From Rhizaria sp. SCN 62-66 (Eukaryota), in NCBI GenBank assembly GCA_001724265.1, contig MEDY01000340.1:1-32487 (forward strand): a stretch of DNA of 32,487 nt, in the 5' to 3' direction. The position numbers and the translations under genes were made by a program. The notes under the pieces are model-generated. The model had not been told where the DNA came from. It searched no databases and saw nothing but the letters and a program-made list of their open reading frames with translations. The stretch's first letter is position 1. Every line of letters begins with the position of its first letter. Shown here in pieces: positions 28,467-32,487 of the stretch.

Positions 28467-29291
28467 TTACTCGCGGGACTGCTCACCAGCGGCAGCGGGC
28501 TTAGCGACATCAGTGGCATGGCCGGCAGCAACGAGGTTGGAGCGGACCTTGCGGATCTGGCGCTTCAGCTCCTGGGCATCCTCAAGGAAGGGGATGTAGA
28601 GCCAGACGCGGTTGAGGCACGGCATGGGCTTGCCGACGAGGAGCTGGGGGCAGGGGCAGCCAGTGGGGATGGAGGGGGGGCCCTGGCCGAGGGGCATGCA
28701 GGGGTTGCCCCAGATCTTGCCGCCGGCAGTGAAGCAGCAGGTGCCCTCACCGTGCATGAAGACGACCTCGCCGCACGAGTCGAAGCCGGTGGGGCAGCAG
28801 GAGCAGTGAGTGAGGAAAGGACGGCAGCAGTCGGGGACGGTAGAGAGCTGAGCAACGTCACGGTCGAGGTACAGAACCTGGGGGTTGTCGACGATTTGGT
28901 AGCAGACCGAGGAAGCGTAGTTGTACTCAATGCGGTCCTCGTAGAGGTGGACGTAGGAGGCCTTCTTGAGCTCAGAGGTGTGGCAGAGCGCGAAGGAGCA
29001 GGGGAACGCCTGGGTGGCGAGGAAGTGGAACAGCACGATGCGGTCAGAGATGGGAGCAGAGTAGATCAGGGTGGTGTTGCCGCCGTTAATGTTGATCTTC
29101 TCGGCAGCGAGCATGCCGGGGTAGCCGCACATGGGCTCCTTGGGGCCGGCGGGCTCGGCAGCAGCGGCGGGCTCAGCGGCAGCGGGCTCGGAGGCAGCGG
29201 GGGCCACGGCAGCGGCAGCGGGGGCAGCAGCAGGGGTGGCCTCGGCGGGGGTGGCCTCGGGAACGTCGGTGGTGTTAGGCTCAGCAGACAT
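28467..29291 (-). CDS. Cys-rich protein of unknown function, paralogue A, 274 aa, with Ala/Pro/Glu-rich N-terminus
   Basis: Strong C/G-ending codon bias, ATG...TAA, and colinear motifs shared with the 30964-31722 gene. Confidence 0.88.
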   Translation of the reverse strand: MSAEPNTTDVPEATPAEATPAAAPAAAAVAPAASEPAAAEPAAAAEPAGPKEPMCGYPGMLAAEKININGGNTTLIYSAPISDRIVLFHFLATQAFPCSFALCHTSELKKASYVHLYEDRIEYNYASSVCYQIVDNPQVLYLDRDVAQLSTVPDCCRPFLTHCSCCPTGFDSCGEVVFMHGEGTCCFTAGGKIWGNPCMPLGQGPPSIPTGCPCPQLLVGKPMPCLNRVWLYIPFLEDAQELKRQIRKVRSNLVAAGHATDVAKPAAAGEQSRE

Positions 29292-30963
29292 CGGTGACTA
29301 GATACGACGCAAACAATGTGGCGAGCACGGGGTGGTGTGAGAAGCGAGCAGATTCAAACGAGCGCAAGTGGCGCATACGAATGGTGAGGAAAAGATCGGG
29401 CGGAGTGGGCAGCAGAAAGAGTGAGATTTAGGACGAAAGATAGCTACATAGCTGGTGAAAAACCCGGAAATTGTGTTTTCCTAGCAAAGAGAAGTTTCAA
29501 TAAATCGCAAAACAAATCATAGAGCCGGGAGGTAGAGTGGAACATGGTGCGGATTCTTCGGGCAGCATGCCTCACGCGAACAAGTTTTGGCCCGCGTATT
29601 TCCATGTTCACTACAGCCTGCTGCATCATTGCTCGATCAAGAAAAAGAAACTAGAACGGTTGACAAGTTAAGAACTACGCCACATTTCGACTGACATTCG
29701 AACTGAACACAGAGGACGGCAGAAAGTCATGATTTCTTCTCGGTTTCGGGGCCCAACTCTTCGGTCGCCTGCCCATCCAGGCGTCGGTTTGGCGGCTTAA
29801 CTTCGATGTACTCGGTTCCGAAAAAATAACCATTTAAACGGCAAAAAATCACCCAACTCACCTAAGTGTAATTCGATGTTAATTTAAACAAATGTTGTGT
29901 TTTCTGTAAACCTATATGTTAATGCGACGTTTTTGAATTAAAGTGCTACAAATATTTTCGGAGCACTACTGAACAAGGCATCTAGTGCGAATTAAACGGA
30001 TATTGCGTGATAACAACGTATCGCAATGTATTCCTGACAGTTTTCACCAGCTGCCGCGTCCGAACGCACAGTAGGCGCACGCCAAAAGAAAAGTCGAGCA
30101 TGCATACATGATACCAGAGCAACCTGCGATTGCCAGTCCTCTTCCTAGTAACCACATAAGACTGTACGTAAAAGAGAAAAGACTGGAGAGTAAGCACTCG
30201 TATTGGGGTTTTGATATTTGCTGAATTTACAACACAGAGAACATATATGCATGAAACAAATTGGTGACGGAGGGGTGGCTTCACTGCCTCCTGCACAAAA
30301 ACTCAACACAACACTCGCACACAGTCAACCAAACAAACACAGTAAAAACACAGCGCAAGCCCACAGAGAGCATGGCTATGACTGAGAAACGGTGACTTTT
30401 GGGGGTGTGAAACACGGAAGAAGAGACGAGAGAGTGGAAAAGAGCAAGCGCACGGAAAACCAGCAGGGATAACACTTTGAAGACAGTTTCTTTTTTAAAG
30501 AGAGAGAAAAGAGCTGATGAAACGAGATTGACGGTAACGACGGTGGTGGTGCATGAGTTATCAATCACACGGAATGAGTGACTGAGAAGCTGGTCATGAG
30601 TGCTGGTATACAATGGGAAAGAGGGCAAAGGAGAGCGCACACGCAACAACACAAGTCTGTCGCGAGTCACGCAATAGATGTGATGTTTTGCACACTTGGT
30701 GTTTTTTTTACTTACATTACACATTCATACAGATATACTTGAGACACACTGTGCGTAGAGACGGGGGAGGGTGGTTTTATGATGGCAACACAAAGCGATA
30801 AAGCGATAAAGCAAACAAATAGCCTGATGGTCGATCTATCGTTTTGTGTTACGTCTCTGTGAGATTTGCAGTCACACAGAGACGCAAGCTGTCACACAAC
30901 GAGCGCATAAGTTTCGAGAGAGTGTTAAGTGTTATGAAACACGGACACACCAACGCAAGTTAC

Positions 30964-31722
30964 TTACGCGTCACGGGACTGCTCGCCCTCAGCGGGGGCC
31001 GCGGCGACACCGACAACCTTGCCCGCGACAACCTTGTGCGCCTCGACAATGGCAGCACGTTGGTCAGTGAGCTTCTGGATGAAGGTGTCAAGGCCGTCCT
31101 TATCGACGAAGGGGAAGCACACCCACTGCTCGTTGCCGATGGGGCAGAAGCCGAAGAGGCAAGGGCCACCGAGGCAGGCGCCAGTGCCGGCGGGGACGAG
31201 AGGGGAGGCGAAGCGGCGGCCACCGGCGCAGCAGACACCGTTGGTGGCGCCATGGCCGATGGCGGTAGTGCCGCACATGCCGCAGCCGTCGGGGCAGAGC
31301 ATGCAGTGGGTGAAGACGGGGAGGCAGGGGCCGGCCTGCTCGAACTTGGCAGCCCAGTCACGGTCGAAGTAGGAGACGGTGGTCATGTCCATAACCCAGC
31401 AGAGGCACGACATGGGGATGTTGGACTCGACGTGGTCGTCGTAGATACGGTGGAAGGTGTACTTGGCCAGCGCGTCGTGGTTGCAGATCATGCACGACAT
31501 GGGGGAGCAGATCGACATGGTGAGGTGGAAACACCGGAGGCCGTCCTTGGAAATGGGGGCATCGTAGACGAGGGTGGACGACTTGCCGGCAGCGTAAGTG
31601 GCAGCGATGGTGGACGACTTGGTGTCCATGATTCCGTAACGGAACTCCTTGCGGATGTAAGTCGGGTCATCGGTGGGGTCGTAGGCGGGGTCCTTCATGC
31701 GCTCGAGCTCGGCGTTGTCCAT
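30964..31722 (-). CDS. Cys-rich protein of unknown function, paralogue B, 252 aa
   Basis: Codon bias starts at ATG 31722 (MDNAELERMK); the ORF-track extension to 32049 is a pyrimidine-rich non-coding leader. Shares TLxYxAPIS, YxDxxExN, YxDRD, THCxxCPxGxxxCG and GEQSR with paralogue A. Ends TAA. Confidence 0.88.
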   Translation of the reverse strand: MDNAELERMKDPAYDPTDDPTYIRKEFRYGIMDTKSSTIAATYAAGKSSTLVYDAPISKDGLRCFHLTMSICSPMSCMICNHDALAKYTFHRIYDDHVESNIPMSCLCWVMDMTTVSYFDRDWAAKFEQAGPCLPVFTHCMLCPDGCGMCGTTAIGHGATNGVCCAGGRRFASPLVPAGTGACLGGPCLFGFCPIGNEQWVCFPFVDKDGLDTFIQKLTDQRAAIVEAHKVVAGKVVGVAAAPAEGEQSRDA

Positions 31723-32487
31723 TGTGTGAGACTGAGGCAGGACAAAATGCGAAAGGGGTGGGTTGTGGTGGGAGAGATATCGAGGCACGAGGCGTGGATT
31801 GGACGAGCGGTTAACCGGGATTGGGGAAGCAAGATGAAGTCCGATGGAAAATGCGAGTGGAGAACAAGTTGGAATATAAAAAGACAGAAATTGTAGAGCA
31901 AAAGAAAACGGGCGCCAATGATTGTCAGCCGAGGAAACGCAGGGGAGCGGAATGAGGAGACAGGTAGGGCAGAACAGGATGAGTGGGCAACAAGAAAAAA
32001 GATAAAAAGCGGTAGGGAATGAGATGTTAGGAGAATTTAGGCTTGTCAAGAGAAAAAACTAGACGTAAAAAAGTGTGTGTTCATTCGCAGATTCGTATTA
32101 AGACAGATAGAAAGCTAGAAAGTCACGCCAAGAGGAAATGGAGCTGCGCCCGTGCACACGAAACCAAGCGCTTCCGTCAAAAACCACAGTCCTGATGAAC
32201 GCCGGTATTGAAAAGACGTGGGACACGACATGAACATAGAATCGAGTCGGGTAAAGCATTGAAGATAGATCACATCCTAAATCACTGGAGTGCTGTCGCG
32301 CAAAACACTTGATTTCAACTCCCTCGGTCCAGCTTCGGCCGAGACTGCTCCAGAATATAAATTAAGCCGCGGTGTGGTTTGACTGATTATTGATATTTTG
32401 AGAACCCCAACGGAAGGGACGGGGCAGGTGGTGTCGAAGAGTGCGCAACTACAATGTGAGATTGCTAACCATTTGCGCACAAACACG

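Noticed and set aside
741-31896. Many long antisense or alternate-frame ORFs (e.g. 741-1598, 10988-11926, 17229-18131, 28518-29297, 30844-31896)
   Set aside because: Shadows of GC-rich, codon-biased real genes; no independent protein motifs.
32277-32486. Open frame at the window edge ending in TAG
   Set aside because: No codon bias or motif; cannot be evaluated without flanking sequence.

Overview
Eukaryotic nuclear DNA, probably a protist. GC-rich genes full of Ala/Ser/Gln/Asn low-complexity tracts are separated by AT-richer spacers. I can support seven protein genes: RAD51 (-, 1 intron), a 2742-aa intronless STE11/MAP3K-like kinase (+), a C-terminal-motor kinesin-14 (-), a coiled-coil protein (+), a myristoylation-motif AGC-group kinase (-, 2 introns) and two diverged tandem Cys-rich paralogues (-). 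The main result concerns the AGC kinase. The ORF track breaks it into pieces, but it reads as one ~1785-codon frame containing two lone in-frame TAG codons (24140-24142 and 21398-21400, both followed by GG) and closing at TAA (21110-21112). The last kinase-domain helix and the AGC hydrophobic motif lie downstream of the first TAG. In these gene models no gene ends in TAG (5 TAA, 2 TGA). UAG therefore appears to be decoded as sense here, by codon reassignment, context-dependent readthrough or A-to-I editing; the sequence alone cannot separate these or fully exclude base-call errors. Other points: all three introns start GTACGT, several genes have an acceptor-like AG just before the ATG with no matching donor (possible trans-splicing), and the kinase domain carries a ~680-aa insertion. 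I found no tRNA, rRNA, CRISPR or recognisable mobile element.
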